Positions 52,101 to 62,648 of a stretch of DNA of 64,000 bases are shown one piece after another (position 1 is the stretch's first letter; each line of letters begins with the position of its first letter). The notes under the pieces are model-generated. The model had not been told where the DNA came from, made no database searches, and saw only the letters and a list, made by a program, of their open reading frames with translations. The position numbers and the translations under genes were made by a program. Source of the DNA: a candidate division FCPU426 bacterium (GTDB lineage: Bacteria > Oederibacteriota > PGYV01 > Palsa-1178); contig CAWIXE010000001.1 in NCBI GenBank assembly GCA_963840035.1, positions 192,001 to 256,000 on the forward strand, given 5' to 3'.

Positions 52101-53177
52101 GTAGGTGATAAAATATGTGTTATACTCCGCAAGTCCCGTGGTGTTAAAAAGTTCCGCCGCTGCCCATAGCCTCTCATCGGAATCATCCGTGTCCCCGTAC
52201 TCGCCTCCGTCTCCGCCGTTAAACCCGCCTGAAGGGACTATCAGCGTGTGCGCCTGCAAATACGCCCACGCGCTCTGCGCTGCCGTGAGGCACTGTGCCG
52301 CGTATGCCGGGTCAGATGCGATGTAAACGCGCGCGGCAATGGCCATGACAGCCGCAAAATCGCCGGTGGCGCAGGTTGATATGCGGTAGATATGCTGGGT
52401 GCCGTAATCGTTCTCGGGCATGAGGTTTAGCGCGGGTATGGGCGCGGACACCTTGTGAAATACGCCGCCGGAGGCCGTGTCCTGCATTTTAAGCATCCAG
52501 TCCAGATTATATTTTATCTCGCTTAATACATCGGGCCTGCCGTACTCCGGAAGGGTTAAGTCTATCCACCCTATCTGGCTGCCGTAGCGCTCATACATGA
52601 GCAGCAGCGTGCCCGTGGCTATGCCTGAATTTGTATTGTATTTGCCGAAGTCGCCCGCGTCATGCCAGCCGCCAGTGACGTCTTTTGTCCCTGAGAACCC
52701 CGATGCCGCATCGAACGTGGCGGGATTTGTATGGCAGGCAAGGTGGCTGAAATTTCCGGATGCATGGTCCAGGTGCACTTCCATGCCGCAGCGCTGCCCG
52801 TAAAAAGCGCGCATGGCGTCGCGGAAGACGGGCTCAAATACGCGGCGGTTTATGGTGAAGGGAAAAGACTCGCCCAGCCCCGCGACCTCTATCCTGTAAT
52901 TGCCCGTCACGTTAACAGCGGTAAAATCGCCTATGTAGCATGTGTCGCCCGAGGCTGAGTCTGATATGGAAGGCCCGAAATTTCCCGTATAAACTATGGT
53001 GTCATCATCCAGCCGCCGCACGTCAAAAGACGCCGCAGCCTGATTCACAAGCATGACGCTCTTATTGTCGTCATTACGGTAGCCGATCATGTCAATACGG
53101 ATGGCGTCGTTCTGCGCGGCAAATATATTTAAAGCGACTGTGGATAGGAGCATTATTAGGGCAAGGCGTTTGTACAT
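49146..53177 (-). CDS. GH9 glycoside hydrolase with Ig, malectin and CIA30/CBM11-like domains, Thr linker and T9SS-like C-terminal domain
   Basis: GGWHDAGDFGKY, ERLWAAAEL, NPHHR, NEIAINW; RINCGG..GQRLF malectin; LLIDDFED; IYPNP..LASGMY. Confidence 0.9.
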   Translation of the reverse strand: MYKRLALIMLLSTVALNIFAAQNDAIRIDMIGYRNDDNKSVMLVNQAAASFDVRRLDDDTIVYTGNFGPSISDSASGDTCYIGDFTAVNVTGNYRIEVAGLGESFPFTINRRVFEPVFRDAMRAFYGQRCGMEVHLDHASGNFSHLACHTNPATFDAASGFSGTKDVTGGWHDAGDFGKYNTNSGIATGTLLLMYERYGSQIGWIDLTLPEYGRPDVLSEIKYNLDWMLKMQDTASGGVFHKVSAPIPALNLMPENDYGTQHIYRISTCATGDFAAVMAIAARVYIASDPAYAAQCLTAAQSAWAYLQAHTLIVPSGGFNGGDGGEYGDTDDSDERLWAAAELFNTTGLAEYNTYFITYYTFKADPLLGGDWQNLQDIALWSYALSSQPSKNAAAAAAIKTSFTNSANTLLARLSASGYKYTLLPGDYIWGSNAAGLNSGIKLLAAYEMTGNAAYKQGALEMVHYMLGRNPFNTSYVTAEGDRAFMNPHHRQSLADGITNPWPGLIAGGANQFDYNVGAPAKCWQDNVNNFFVNEIAINWQAAFCFVLAAAITADVPYETPTASPTDGCYPLACTPSFTATHTLTPIPTITPTPIAPVRINCGGALYTDTNGDAWQADRYYFGANTWGIYMGAMAARPGDVTNTLDDTLFNSVCYGNLEYRIQLPAGKYNVRLRFSDNENTLPGQRLFNMTVEGALVATNFDIISAAGGPLKYVDRTYYADVNDGILNISLAYGPAGVPLINAIEVKSYDPMTPTVTKTFTITKTLTVIATATQSWTITETPTISPTASASPTKTATATKTPVYSATETPAVTDTVTAAATLTRTVTSTFTPAATAALSGLLIDDFEDDEITYNSPGGRWYFYDGGVNTGSFISSPGGANSTNYAGYLSGNVTSTAGYSSIQAFTDLNGGATEQDVSAYSGLKLFMKGTKGAGTPVSFRIMLQSSNITDFSYWYYDWTPNAAWTQVTIPWGSFTNPGWGDGQTTLISSVAQHLEKIIWAVMEISGAASNNTGNQWYLDEIYFYGGPTATVTPVYSKTSTPTFTATATLTPASSPTQTPTLTATATVSGTVTCTGTATDTATQAPSGTATATCTETLTVTVSSTQSMTMTVTETYTVTLSATVTATSSATGTASRTPTITATNTSSPTPTATSTATGTPAVTATDTASATATATLSATGTFTLTQTPANTPVITDTATRTYTATDTPTLTETSTATKTCTATHTKTATPTSTATKTSTPGNTATATSTPMLSYRQKDLFVIYPNPAKGTLNISVKQGSQGDKAIIRIYTPALRLVRKFESSITASNAYTADLKGLASGMYIIRMEITLQGVVKYGVTEPVVVMK

Positions 53178-53189
53178 AAGACCTCGTTG

Positions 53190-53545
53190 TTGTTCGTTGT
53201 TCGTTGTTCGTTGTTCGTTGTTCGTTGTTCGTTGTTCGTTGTTCGTTGTTCGTTGTTCGTTGTTCGTTGTTCGTTGTTCGTTGTTCGTTGTTCGTTGTTC
53301 GTTGTTCGTTGTTCGTTGTTCGTTGTTCGTTGTTCGTTGTTCGTTGTTCGTTGTTCGTTGTTCGTTGTTCGTTGTTCGTTGTTCGTTGTTCGTTGTTCGT
53401 TGTTCGTTGTTCGTTGTTCGTTGTTCGTTGTTCGTTGTTCGTTGTTCGTTGTTCGTTGTTCGTTGTTCGTTGTTCGTTGTTCGTTGTTCGTTGTTCGTTG
53501 TTCGTTGTTCGTTGTTCGTTGTTCGTTGTTCGTTGTTCGTTGTTC
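53190..53545. repeat. Perfect heptamer microsatellite (TTGTTCG) x about 51
   Basis: 356 bp uninterrupted, ending about 12 bp upstream of the GH9 start codon. Confidence 0.97.
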
Positions 53546-53554
53546 AAACCCTGC

Positions 53555-53634
53555 GCGTGACATTGGCCATGAAATTTTTTTATGGCCTGGCCTACTGGCC
53601 AATCCATAAAAAAATTTTATGGACGATGTCACGC
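53555..53634. repeat. 80-bp long imperfect hairpin
   Basis: gcgtgacat..atgaaatttttttatgg / ccataaaaaaattttat..atgtcacgc. Confidence 0.75.
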
Positions 53635-53778
53635 AACGGCATCGTTGTTGCTCTTCCTTAACACTTACCCTTAATTCTTATCCTTAGCCTTTGGACTTTC
53701 GATATGCAGGCTAAGGTCAGACTTAAAGCAAGTACCAAGATCTAAGGATAAGAATTAAGGATAAGGGTTAAGAAAACC

Positions 53779-55518
53779 TTAGTACCGTTGTATCCTGTTA
53801 TTCCCCGTATCCACCACAAAAAGGTACGCGGCGCTGTTGTATACCGCTCCTATGGGCGAGTTGAATTCACCCGGCGCGCTGCCCGGGATCCCCCACTGCG
53901 AATCAAATACTCCCGCGGGCGAGAACCTCTGTATCCTGTTATTGCCCGAATCCACCACATATACATAACCGCTGGAGCTGTAAGCTATGCCCTGCGGGTT
54001 GTTGAATTCCCCGGGGCCTGAGCCAAAACTTCCCCACTGCATGTCATAGGTGCCCACGGAATTGAACCTCTGTATCCTGTTGTTGCCCGAATCAACTACA
54101 TATAAATACCCGCTTGAGTTCCACGCCAGTCCCGTGGGGTTGTTGAATTCCCCGTTGCCCGTGCCTGCCGTTCCCCACTGCATCTGGTAATTGCCCGCCA
54201 TGTCGAACCTCTGTATCCTGTTGTTTCCGGAATCCGAAACATACAGGTAGCCGCTGGCGTTCCACGCAAGACCCGTGGGGCCGTCAAATTCCCCGTTGCC
54301 GGTTCCCGTGACCCCCCACTGCAGGCTGTAAGTCCCGGTGGTATTAAAACGCTGTATCCTGTTGTTCCCGTAATCAGCCACAAATATATATCCGCTCGGG
54401 TTCCATACTATTCCTTTGGGCGTGGAGAACTCCCCGTTGCCGGCGCCGGGCGCGCCCCACTGGGTTGTATAAGTCCCTGACGAGTTGAACTTCTGGACCC
54501 TGCTGTTGCCGCTGTCAGTGACATAAACCGAGGCCGCGGTGTCAGCCGCGATCCACAGCGGGTTGTCAAACTCGCCGTTTCCGTTGCCGAATGTCCCCCA
54601 CCTGGCAGTTGGCTGCCTGGGAGTCATGGTGGAAGTCAGCGTGACCGTCGGCATCAGCGTGTGGGTCATGGAAATGGTGGCTGTGGGTGAATCAGTATAA
54701 GTATCCGTGACTGTCAGGGTTTCAGTCGCGGTCGGCGTTCCCGTGAATGTATCCGTGACAGTGGAAGACTCTGTCTGCGTCGGCGTGTTGGTCGCGGTAA
54801 AAGTGCCTGTTGCCGTATCCGTTACAGTTGGCGTTCCTGTCATGGTTGAAGTCGCGCTTAAAGTCGGCGAATCCGTGGCAGTCAGTGTGTCCGATGGCGT
54901 CTGCGTGGATGTGAATGTCACTGTAAGTGAAGATGTCCCGGTTGAAGTCGGCGAAAAAGTTTTTGTCTGCGTATCAGTGGATGTGGCGGTCACTGTCGCG
55001 GTATCCTGCGGCGTGGAGGTCTGTGTATATGAGGCTGTCTTTGAATATGTGGGAGTGGCTGACGCAGTGCAGGTTGGCGTGCCTGTCGGAGTCGCGCTGT
55101 CTGCGGGGGTTGCTGTGGATGTCTGTGTGGCAGTCATGGTCGCGGTATATGTCGGGGAAAAAGTGGATGTCGCGCTCGCGGTCAGGGTCGTCGTGAATGT
55201 ATATGACTGCGCCACGGTCTCTGAAAAAGTCGGGCTCTGCCCTGCAGTGGCTGTTCCTGTTGCCGTAAATGTCGGGGTGGCCGTGGCAGTGCGTGTCCCG
55301 GTTGCCGTCCTTGTGTTAGTCAAAACGGATGTAACCGTGCGCGTGGCAGTATAAGTGGGGCTGTAAGTTGCCGTCGCGGTACGTGTCTGCCACTTAAAAT
55401 CATCGGGGGCCAGCGGGATTATCTTCTTTTTTGAGCAGGAAACTGAGGATAATAAGAGGCAGACAACAGCTATAATAATGAAGGTCCTTTTGTGTTCCGG
55501 CATCCTGTTTTTAGTCAT
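53779..55518 (-). CDS. Lipoprotein with Thr-rich stalk and six-bladed NHL beta-propeller
   Basis: SVSC lipobox; about 250 aa Thr tract; six G.GNGEF..P.G....YV.D.GNNRIQRF repeats. Confidence 0.88.
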   Translation of the reverse strand: MTKNRMPEHKRTFIIIAVVCLLLSSVSCSKKKIIPLAPDDFKWQTRTATATYSPTYTATRTVTSVLTNTRTATGTRTATATPTFTATGTATAGQSPTFSETVAQSYTFTTTLTASATSTFSPTYTATMTATQTSTATPADSATPTGTPTCTASATPTYSKTASYTQTSTPQDTATVTATSTDTQTKTFSPTSTGTSSLTVTFTSTQTPSDTLTATDSPTLSATSTMTGTPTVTDTATGTFTATNTPTQTESSTVTDTFTGTPTATETLTVTDTYTDSPTATISMTHTLMPTVTLTSTMTPRQPTARWGTFGNGNGEFDNPLWIAADTAASVYVTDSGNSRVQKFNSSGTYTTQWGAPGAGNGEFSTPKGIVWNPSGYIFVADYGNNRIQRFNTTGTYSLQWGVTGTGNGEFDGPTGLAWNASGYLYVSDSGNNRIQRFDMAGNYQMQWGTAGTGNGEFNNPTGLAWNSSGYLYVVDSGNNRIQRFNSVGTYDMQWGSFGSGPGEFNNPQGIAYSSSGYVYVVDSGNNRIQRFSPAGVFDSQWGIPGSAPGEFNSPIGAVYNSAAYLFVVDTGNNRIQRY

Positions 55519-55727
55519 ATATATAGAATACCACCGATTTCATGTATTTTCAATCAACCTTAACCTTTATCCTTATCACTTACCCTAAAGCCTTTGGACC
55601 TTAAGTCCAAGGGGTAAAAATATTTATTCCGCTTTTCCTTAACCCTTATCCTCAGCCTTTAGATCTTAAGTCCAAAGGCTAAGGATAAGAATTAAGGATA
55701 AGGGTTAAGGTACTTGGGTTATGGTGC

Positions 55728-58700
55728 CTACTTTATTACAAACACCCTGCGTATCACGCTTTTGCCTTCCGCCTCTATCCTTATGAAATACATTCCCTGG
55801 CCTATGGTTTTTCCCGATTCGTTCTTTAGATCCCACGGCACGTTCATCCACCCGGCGGCGGCGGCTGTAAATTCGCCTTTCCTTATGAGCTCGCCTGTTA
55901 TGTTGTAGGCCTTAAGCCTGACATTCACTCCCGGCGCCGAGCAATTAATTTTAATCGTGAGGGTTTCGCCTTTTGAGACATCAACATAATTTCTGTCGAG
56001 CGCCATACCAATGTTTGGCGTCGAAACGGGCGTTGATGTCGGGGATACTGTCCGTGTCTGCGTTATGGTAAATGTCGCTGTCGGCGGCGGAGTGGCTGTC
56101 TTTGTATATGTCATGGTCCTAGTGTGCGTGAATGTAAATGTGGCGGCCGGCGTGGCTGTGTCTGTTACGGTTGTTGTATAAGTAAATGTCGGCGTATTTG
56201 TTTTAGTCCCGGTATCGGTTGCCGAAAATGTCGGCGTCGCCGTTTCAGTGGCGGTTTTTGTCACGGTAAATGTGGGGGTTGCCGTGGCAGTATCAGACGG
56301 TGTCGGCGTGGCTGTCTTTGTCCCTGTGTCCGTGGCCGTGGGCGTGGCTGTAAATGTGGAAGTTGCCGTGGATGTCGGCGTCGAAGTCGGCGTGGGCGCT
56401 ACAAGGGTTATGATGGAGGCGTTCATCGGAAAGCTTCCCAGGTCGTTCCACGCAAGGCCCGTGGTCATGCCGGTGCCTGATAAGTGGGCTGCCGAAGGCA
56501 GGCTTAAGGTATAAGTGCCGTATGGCGCTGTGCCCGTGAAAGAATAGGCGATAACGTAATACTTTGTCTGGCCCGGGGCAAGCACTTCAGACGGCCAACC
56601 TGAGATTGCAAGAGCCGTGTTGTCCGCCGCGTAAGTCCCCATTGCCATAAACAGGTCAGGCGCGCCGTTTGCTGCGCCGTTATTATTTACATCAACAATC
56701 ATTTCAACGGATAATATCCCGGCCGGGCCGTCATTCCCGGTGCCTGAAGCCTGCGTCTGCAGGGAATTAAAACTCACGCTTTCCGCGGACTCATTGCGTA
56801 TGGATAACTGCATCACCGTCACATACGCGTCTCCGGGTATGTGGGTGGTATTTCCCGGGTTAAACGCCGCGAGCGACACGGCAACAGCCGGCGCGGCGGG
56901 CGTGTTTGTCTTAGTGGCTGACGCAGTGGCTGTTTGAGTAGCAGTCTGCGTTGTGGACGGCGTGTTTGTTTTTGTGGAAGTCGTTGTGATTGTCTGGGTT
57001 ACAGTCTGCGTCACGGTCTTTGTAACTGTCTGCGTGACGGACTGCGTTGAAGTCCGGGTTGCCGTGGCTGTATATGTCGTCGTCGGCGTTGTTGTTTGAG
57101 TGGCTGTCTGCGTCGCGGTCTGCGTATTTGTCCGGGTTATTGTCTGCGTTATTGTCATGGTAGTTGTCTGTGTCACAGTCGCTGTGGGTATATGCGTATT
57201 AGTATTTGTCGGGGTATAAGCCGGCGTGCATATGTCGCCTGAAAGCACTGTAAAGTCATCCACGTTCGCCTCACCCAATGACCCTGACGCGGAGGTCACC
57301 GCTATGCCTATCAATACGCCGCCGGGGCTGGCTGTCCAGGTGTCGCTGTCAAAATTATCCCACGTAGTGCCGTCAGTTGACTGGAAATACTGGAAATTAT
57401 TTCCAACCCTTACTATCCTTACCCACGCGGGCACTCCGTTTACATGCGCTAATGTTCCGTATCCCTCCTGATATGCTTCTCCCCTGGCGTAGGACATTAT
57501 AAGTCCGTTATTCTGCACTCCCACAAATGAGAAATATGAATCAACAGACAGCGAATTCCTTACCATTATTCCCGCGCTTGAGTCCGCCGAATTTATTGGC
57601 GCGTAATTCACCTTCATGGAAATATCAAAGTCCCCGTTTATGGGCTGGTATATGAACCTGAATGTGTCATGGCTTACGTTAAAATTATTTGTTCCGCCTG
57701 CCGTTATGGTCAGCGAGCCGCCTGAGACGAACTGCGAACCCGCGGCCGCTCCGCCCACGTCGGAGACGCTCCAGAAAGAACCCACGGCAGTATTAAAATT
57801 ATCCGATTGCGCGCACGAAGGCGGAATCGGCGTAGGCGTGGAAGTGCACAGCGAAATAAACTCGGGGTTTGCCGCAACCGGGGTCAAGTCGCCTGAGTGG
57901 TTTATGCTGGCCCTGTTGGAAAAATATTCAGGCGAAAGTATGGGGCATGCGGACGCGGGCATTACGACAAAGTACTTTTCACCGCTAAAGTCGTTTTCGC
58001 ACAGGCTTGGGATTGACCAGGATATTACGCCGCCGTTTAAGGCGTATCCCGCAGATGCCGAGACAAAATTAAGGCCGGCCGGTATGGTGTCCCATATGGA
58101 AGCGCCCGTGACCGTGGCGCCGCAGTTGAGCGCCTCGTATTCATAAGCGCCCATGTCATAGGTCCCGCCGGATGGCCTGAGAGCCAGGTCCATGTCGCGC
58201 GTGACAACCGATGATATTGAATTATCCCCGGTATTTATCGCGGGGCTGCCGTTTTGCAGGTGAAAGTTCCCTGACGCTGCGCCGGCAAACTTCGGGTCTG
58301 AATTCACGCAGCCCGCCCCGAAGCCGGCAGTTGCCTCCTGCAGCACTGAATATGAAACCTTTGCCTTGTCCCCGAGAAATCCATAACCCGGATTTGCCCA
58401 CATGACGCAGTTGCGGATGTCGTATTCAAACGCCGCGCTGTTGACGAAAAGCGGCCCGCCATTTCCGTACATGACGTTGTTGTAAATATTCACCGTCATG
58501 CCCGGCCTTGCCGTGCCCTGGTCAAACATTATGCCGAAACCCCAGTTGTTGAGGATATTTCCGGTTAAGACGCAGTTTGTGACATATGATGACGGGTATG
58601 CGGCTGTTGTGATCGTCCCGACCTGCGCTAAGCTTATTCCCGCGGCCCTGCAGTTTTTCACGACGCACCTGTCCACCCTGTACCCGGATGTGCCGTCGGA

Positions 58701-61700
58701 ACATATGCCGTGGTCAGCCCTGAACCTGCCGTCGAGCGTGAAGCCCGCGATGGTGCAGTTATAGTGCAGTTCTATGATGTCCTGCTGACCGTTGGGTATC
58801 ATAGAATCAGGCGCCACAATTGACGGGTGCGTCCCCGGCTTTGCCCTGATTATTATCCCGGCAGTGTCTGTCGTGTCGGGGAGTATTATTTTTTCCGCGT
58901 AGGTTCCGGAATCCACAACTTCTATAACGTCCCCTGGAACCGCGGCCGCGGCCGCCGCGGCAATTGATGTATACGTCTGCCCTGCCCCGACTAACTTTGT
59001 CGCGGGCGCGGTATAAATGGGGTCTGTCAGCGCGGATGGTTTTTCCCTGAGCGAATAATTCAGGTGGTATGTGATATTGTCCCCGCAGTTGGCGCAGTTA
59101 GCCGCCGACATTCCCTGGTTGATTGCCAGCTCAGGCGGCAGGCTTATATTTATGGTTATGCCCGCGTTCGGATTTTCTATCTGGGCGTTGTTGTCCTGAG
59201 CTTTCCAGTTTATAATGTAGCTCTCTCCGGGCTGCCATGGCGGAAGGCCGCTGTAAGTCCAGTTCGGGTCTGCGGCGGCGCCAAAATTCCACCACTCGCC
59301 CGCCATGGAGAATGAGGACCCGTCCCACCATTTTGAATCTGATACCCTCTTTATGGATATCCTTTCAGCCGTTAAAAATCCGCAAGGCGCTATGGCTGTG
59401 CCTGATATTACAAGTATATCAGATGGTTTATAGCTGCCGCCGTCCACCGGAAATGATATGAAGGATGACGGCATGGCGCACGCGGTCTGTGTGGCAGTCG
59501 GTGTCACGGTCTGCGTGGCTGTTTTCGTAGCTGTCTGTGTCGCTGTGCGAGTGGAAGTCTGCGTGAAAAAAGGCGTTACTGTCGGCGTTGTGGTGCCGGT
59601 ATTATACGGCGTGGCAGTGGGCTGGGCCACGGAGCCAGAATACCATACGTCCTTTGTATAAGTTCCGTCAAACCCCGAGGCCAGCCACATGGACCCGTTA
59701 AAAACGCACGACGCGGATCCCATCCTGCCGCTGAAATTGGCGGCCGCGGTTTTCTGAACCCATGTCGAACCGTTAACCGAATACCATACGTCATTTTTAT
59801 ATCCGGTGCCCGCTATGACCCACATCTTCATTCCCGTGCCGTCGTCATATGTAACCGCGGCGAGCTGGCTGCGCGCGCCGAAAGCCGCCGAAGCGGTTTC
59901 CTGCGTCCAGACGACGCCGTCGGGCGAGCTATAAACGCTCGCAAGGTCAGATGTGCCGTTATATCCCCCTATCACGTACATTTTTCCGTTATAGGCAAGT
60001 GTGCTGTGGTACCCGCGCGGCCCGAACTGCGCGTTACCCGTGGCCATGGTCCAGTCAGCCCCGTTTGCCGACCACCATACGTCGTTTAAGTATCCTGACC
60101 CGTTATCGCGGCCGCCTATGACCCACATTTTATTGTCAAATACAACCGCGCTTGTCTGCGCCCTTAAGGCGAATCCGGCCGCCGCGGTTGCCTGTATCCA
60201 TGTTATGCCGTTTGAGGAATACCACACATCGTCGTCATAGGAACCTGTCACGCCCGCGATGGCCCACATTTTATCGCCGGTGCCGTTATTAAAGACAACC
60301 CCGGTATGGTAAGCCCTTGATGTGGGAAATGCCGTGGATGTTTCCAGCGACCATGTAATGCCGTCTAAGGAACTGAACACGCTGTTTAATCCCGAACCAC
60401 CGTCATTGCCGCCGACCATGAATATTTTTCCCAAAAATGGCAGCATGAGAGTGCCCATACGCACGCCTGCCTGGGAATTTCCCGTGGCAAGAATCCAGTC
60501 CGCTCCGGCTATGGATGTGGGCGTGATGGTCGGCGTCGGGGGAATGCAGTCTATGAACTTCTGTACCCTGTCATTGCCGGTTTCGGATGCGAATAAAGTG
60601 GTTGCGTTTAGCATGGTTATGCCGTATGGCGTGTCAAACTGCATTGATAAAGCGCCTGTGGTGCCCCATTTTGCTATGAATGTGCCTGACGGGCTGAATT
60701 TTTGCACCCTGTTATTGCCGGTGTCCGCGACATATATGTATCCATACTGGTCGGTTGTAATCCCCGACGGGTTGTTAAACTGCCCGTCGCCTGTCCCCGC
60801 CGAACCCCACTTTGTTATGAATCCGCCTGATGCGTCAAATTTTTGCACCCTGTTATTTCCGCTGTCGGCCACCAGTATATTCCCGTCCTTATCAACGGCA
60901 ATGCCGCGCGGCGAAGTGAAAAAACCGTCGCTTAATCCGGCGCTGCCCCAGGATATCTGGTGGATGCCGAACGCGTCAAATTTCTGAACCCTGTTATTCC
61001 CGGTATCCGCCACATACACGTAATAATCCGGGCTGACCGCGATTCCTTCAGGGAAACTAAATTGCCCGTCGCCTGAACCGTTGAATCCCCACTCTGTAAT
61101 ATAATTCCCGGTTACATCAAATTTTTCCACCCTGTGGTTGTTCGTATCCGTGACGTACATTTCATTGCCGGCGTCTATGGCTATGTCGTGCGGCGCGTCA
61201 AACTGCAGGTCTGAACTCCCGTATGACCCGAACTCGCTCAGGTCAACCCCGTTTGAATTGAATTTTTCAACCCTGTTATTGCCGGTGTCCACCACAAAAA
61301 TATTCCCGCCTGAGTCTGTTTCCATGCCGGCCGGCCCGTTAAATTCGCCTATGGCGTTGCCGTTGGCTCCCCACATCAGGCTGTAACACATGGGGCCCAT
61401 GTTTGCGGTCGGCATCGGTGTCACTGTCGGGCTGACCGTCCATGTCTGGGTTATCGTCCTTGTAGATGACGGCGTGGGTGATATTGTGGCTGTAAATACC
61501 CCGCTGGATGTTTTCATCACCGACATGAAGCTGCTGTTTGCAAAATCCTGATATGCCACGTATGCCGTGCCGTTTTGTATAAAGAGCGATGTGTACCTGG
61601 CTTCCCCGGGCGAGAAACCCGCGTTATCAAGGTCAAGCCATGCACCTGATTGATAATGCTTTACCGTGGCCTTTCCGGCGATGTTATCCTGGTATGCCAG

Positions 61701-62648
61701 GTAAGGCGCGCCGCTGTACATGAAAAGGCTAAGGTAATACGCGTAGCTGGAACTTACAGGCGACGGAAATATGGCTGACCATGCCGTTCCGTTAAAAGCG
61801 GAAACCACTGCCTTCTGAGATGCTCCCACTTCTGAAAATCCGACATAAGGAATTGAATTTTCCACGCCCATGGAAGTGTAATATGAATTTCCTCCGGACG
61901 CCCATGAACCCACGGGCACCCATGAAGCCCCGTTGAATTTTTTTATGGTCGCCACACCGCTGTTGTTCCAGTCCTGGTAAGCGACATAAAGCGTCCCGTT
62001 GCTTTTATCCGCGGCGAGGGAGACGTAATTGGCCGGCCCGATTGAAAAACCCTGGCTTCCGACATAGTTCCATGCGGACCCGTCAAAACTCATTACTGAT
62101 GTCTTTGAATTTGCCGCCACATCTGAAAAGGCCACATACGGCGTGCCGCCGTATATCTGCAGCGAAGTATAAAGCGCTATGCCCTGCGAAAAACCGGCTG
62201 CGCCGACATAGTTCCACGACCCGCCGAAGTATTTCATGACGCTTGCCCTGCCTGAGCCGATTGAGCCGTCCGTAAAAGCCACATAGGGAGTGGCTGAATC
62301 AACGTACAGCGAGGTATGCATTGCCGTGCCCGGTGAGAAACCTGAGGGCCCGACATAGTTCCATGATGAGCCGTCAAACTTCATTACGCTGGCTTTGTTT
62401 GATTCCACGAAAGCCACATAAGGGTCGCCGATGCTGTCGACAAAAAGGGAACCGTAATATGCCGCGGCAGTTGAAAAGCCCGGCATGCCGACATTTGTCC
62501 ACGCGGCTGAAATGGCGGATGGAAATAGCATGGCAATAATAACGGATACTTTGAGATAGGAAAATAACGAAGGGACACAAGTCTCTTTTTGGCTCCAAGT
62601 TCCTGTAGTTTTAGTTGTATTTGCCAAAGTCAGTTTCCTTTCACCCAA
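55728..62648 (-). CDS. Giant secreted multidomain protein (propeller, NHL, Kelch-like, beta-helix, DUF11-like, lectin-like, Thr linkers, FlgD-Ig C-terminal domain); start uncertain
   Basis: PYVAF repeats; NHL repeats; NDVWYS..G..W repeats; NFHLQNGSPAINTG..DMGAYEY; IWDTIPAG; WDLKNESGK..GMYF. Confidence 0.85.
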   Translation of the reverse strand: MGERKLTLANTTKTTGTWSQKETCVPSLFSYLKVSVIIAMLFPSAISAAWTNVGMPGFSTAAAYYGSLFVDSIGDPYVAFVESNKASVMKFDGSSWNYVGPSGFSPGTAMHTSLYVDSATPYVAFTDGSIGSGRASVMKYFGGSWNYVGAAGFSQGIALYTSLQIYGGTPYVAFSDVAANSKTSVMSFDGSAWNYVGSQGFSIGPANYVSLAADKSNGTLYVAYQDWNNSGVATIKKFNGASWVPVGSWASGGNSYYTSMGVENSIPYVGFSEVGASQKAVVSAFNGTAWSAIFPSPVSSSYAYYLSLFMYSGAPYLAYQDNIAGKATVKHYQSGAWLDLDNAGFSPGEARYTSLFIQNGTAYVAYQDFANSSFMSVMKTSSGVFTATISPTPSSTRTITQTWTVSPTVTPMPTANMGPMCYSLMWGANGNAIGEFNGPAGMETDSGGNIFVVDTGNNRVEKFNSNGVDLSEFGSYGSSDLQFDAPHDIAIDAGNEMYVTDTNNHRVEKFDVTGNYITEWGFNGSGDGQFSFPEGIAVSPDYYVYVADTGNNRVQKFDAFGIHQISWGSAGLSDGFFTSPRGIAVDKDGNILVADSGNNRVQKFDASGGFITKWGSAGTGDGQFNNPSGITTDQYGYIYVADTGNNRVQKFSPSGTFIAKWGTTGALSMQFDTPYGITMLNATTLFASETGNDRVQKFIDCIPPTPTITPTSIAGADWILATGNSQAGVRMGTLMLPFLGKIFMVGGNDGGSGLNSVFSSLDGITWSLETSTAFPTSRAYHTGVVFNNGTGDKMWAIAGVTGSYDDDVWYSSNGITWIQATAAAGFALRAQTSAVVFDNKMWVIGGRDNGSGYLNDVWWSANGADWTMATGNAQFGPRGYHSTLAYNGKMYVIGGYNGTSDLASVYSSPDGVVWTQETASAAFGARSQLAAVTYDDGTGMKMWVIAGTGYKNDVWYSVNGSTWVQKTAAANFSGRMGSASCVFNGSMWLASGFDGTYTKDVWYSGSVAQPTATPYNTGTTTPTVTPFFTQTSTRTATQTATKTATQTVTPTATQTACAMPSSFISFPVDGGSYKPSDILVISGTAIAPCGFLTAERISIKRVSDSKWWDGSSFSMAGEWWNFGAAADPNWTYSGLPPWQPGESYIINWKAQDNNAQIENPNAGITINISLPPELAINQGMSAANCANCGDNITYHLNYSLREKPSALTDPIYTAPATKLVGAGQTYTSIAAAAAAAVPGDVIEVVDSGTYAEKIILPDTTDTAGIIIRAKPGTHPSIVAPDSMIPNGQQDIIELHYNCTIAGFTLDGRFRADHGICSDGTSGYRVDRCVVKNCRAAGISLAQVGTITTAAYPSSYVTNCVLTGNILNNWGFGIMFDQGTARPGMTVNIYNNVMYGNGGPLFVNSAAFEYDIRNCVMWANPGYGFLGDKAKVSYSVLQEATAGFGAGCVNSDPKFAGAASGNFHLQNGSPAINTGDNSISSVVTRDMDLALRPSGGTYDMGAYEYEALNCGATVTGASIWDTIPAGLNFVSASAGYALNGGVISWSIPSLCENDFSGEKYFVVMPASACPILSPEYFSNRASINHSGDLTPVAANPEFISLCTSTPTPIPPSCAQSDNFNTAVGSFWSVSDVGGAAAGSQFVSGGSLTITAGGTNNFNVSHDTFRFIYQPINGDFDISMKVNYAPINSADSSAGIMVRNSLSVDSYFSFVGVQNNGLIMSYARGEAYQEGYGTLAHVNGVPAWVRIVRVGNNFQYFQSTDGTTWDNFDSDTWTASPGGVLIGIAVTSASGSLGEANVDDFTVLSGDICTPAYTPTNTNTHIPTATVTQTTTMTITQTITRTNTQTATQTATQTTTPTTTYTATATRTSTQSVTQTVTKTVTQTVTQTITTTSTKTNTPSTTQTATQTATASATKTNTPAAPAVAVSLAAFNPGNTTHIPGDAYVTVMQLSIRNESAESVSFNSLQTQASGTGNDGPAGILSVEMIVDVNNNGAANGAPDLFMAMGTYAADNTALAISGWPSEVLAPGQTKYYVIAYSFTGTAPYGTYTLSLPSAAHLSGTGMTTGLAWNDLGSFPMNASIITLVAPTPTSTPTSTATSTFTATPTATDTGTKTATPTPSDTATATPTFTVTKTATETATPTFSATDTGTKTNTPTFTYTTTVTDTATPAATFTFTHTRTMTYTKTATPPPTATFTITQTRTVSPTSTPVSTPNIGMALDRNYVDVSKGETLTIKINCSAPGVNVRLKAYNITGELIRKGEFTAAAAGWMNVPWDLKNESGKTIGQGMYFIRIEAEGKSVIRRVFVIK

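Noticed and set aside
53089..53661. ORFs of repeated NNEQRTT / LFVVRCS
   Set aside because: Artefacts of a stop-free heptamer repeat that is open in most frames
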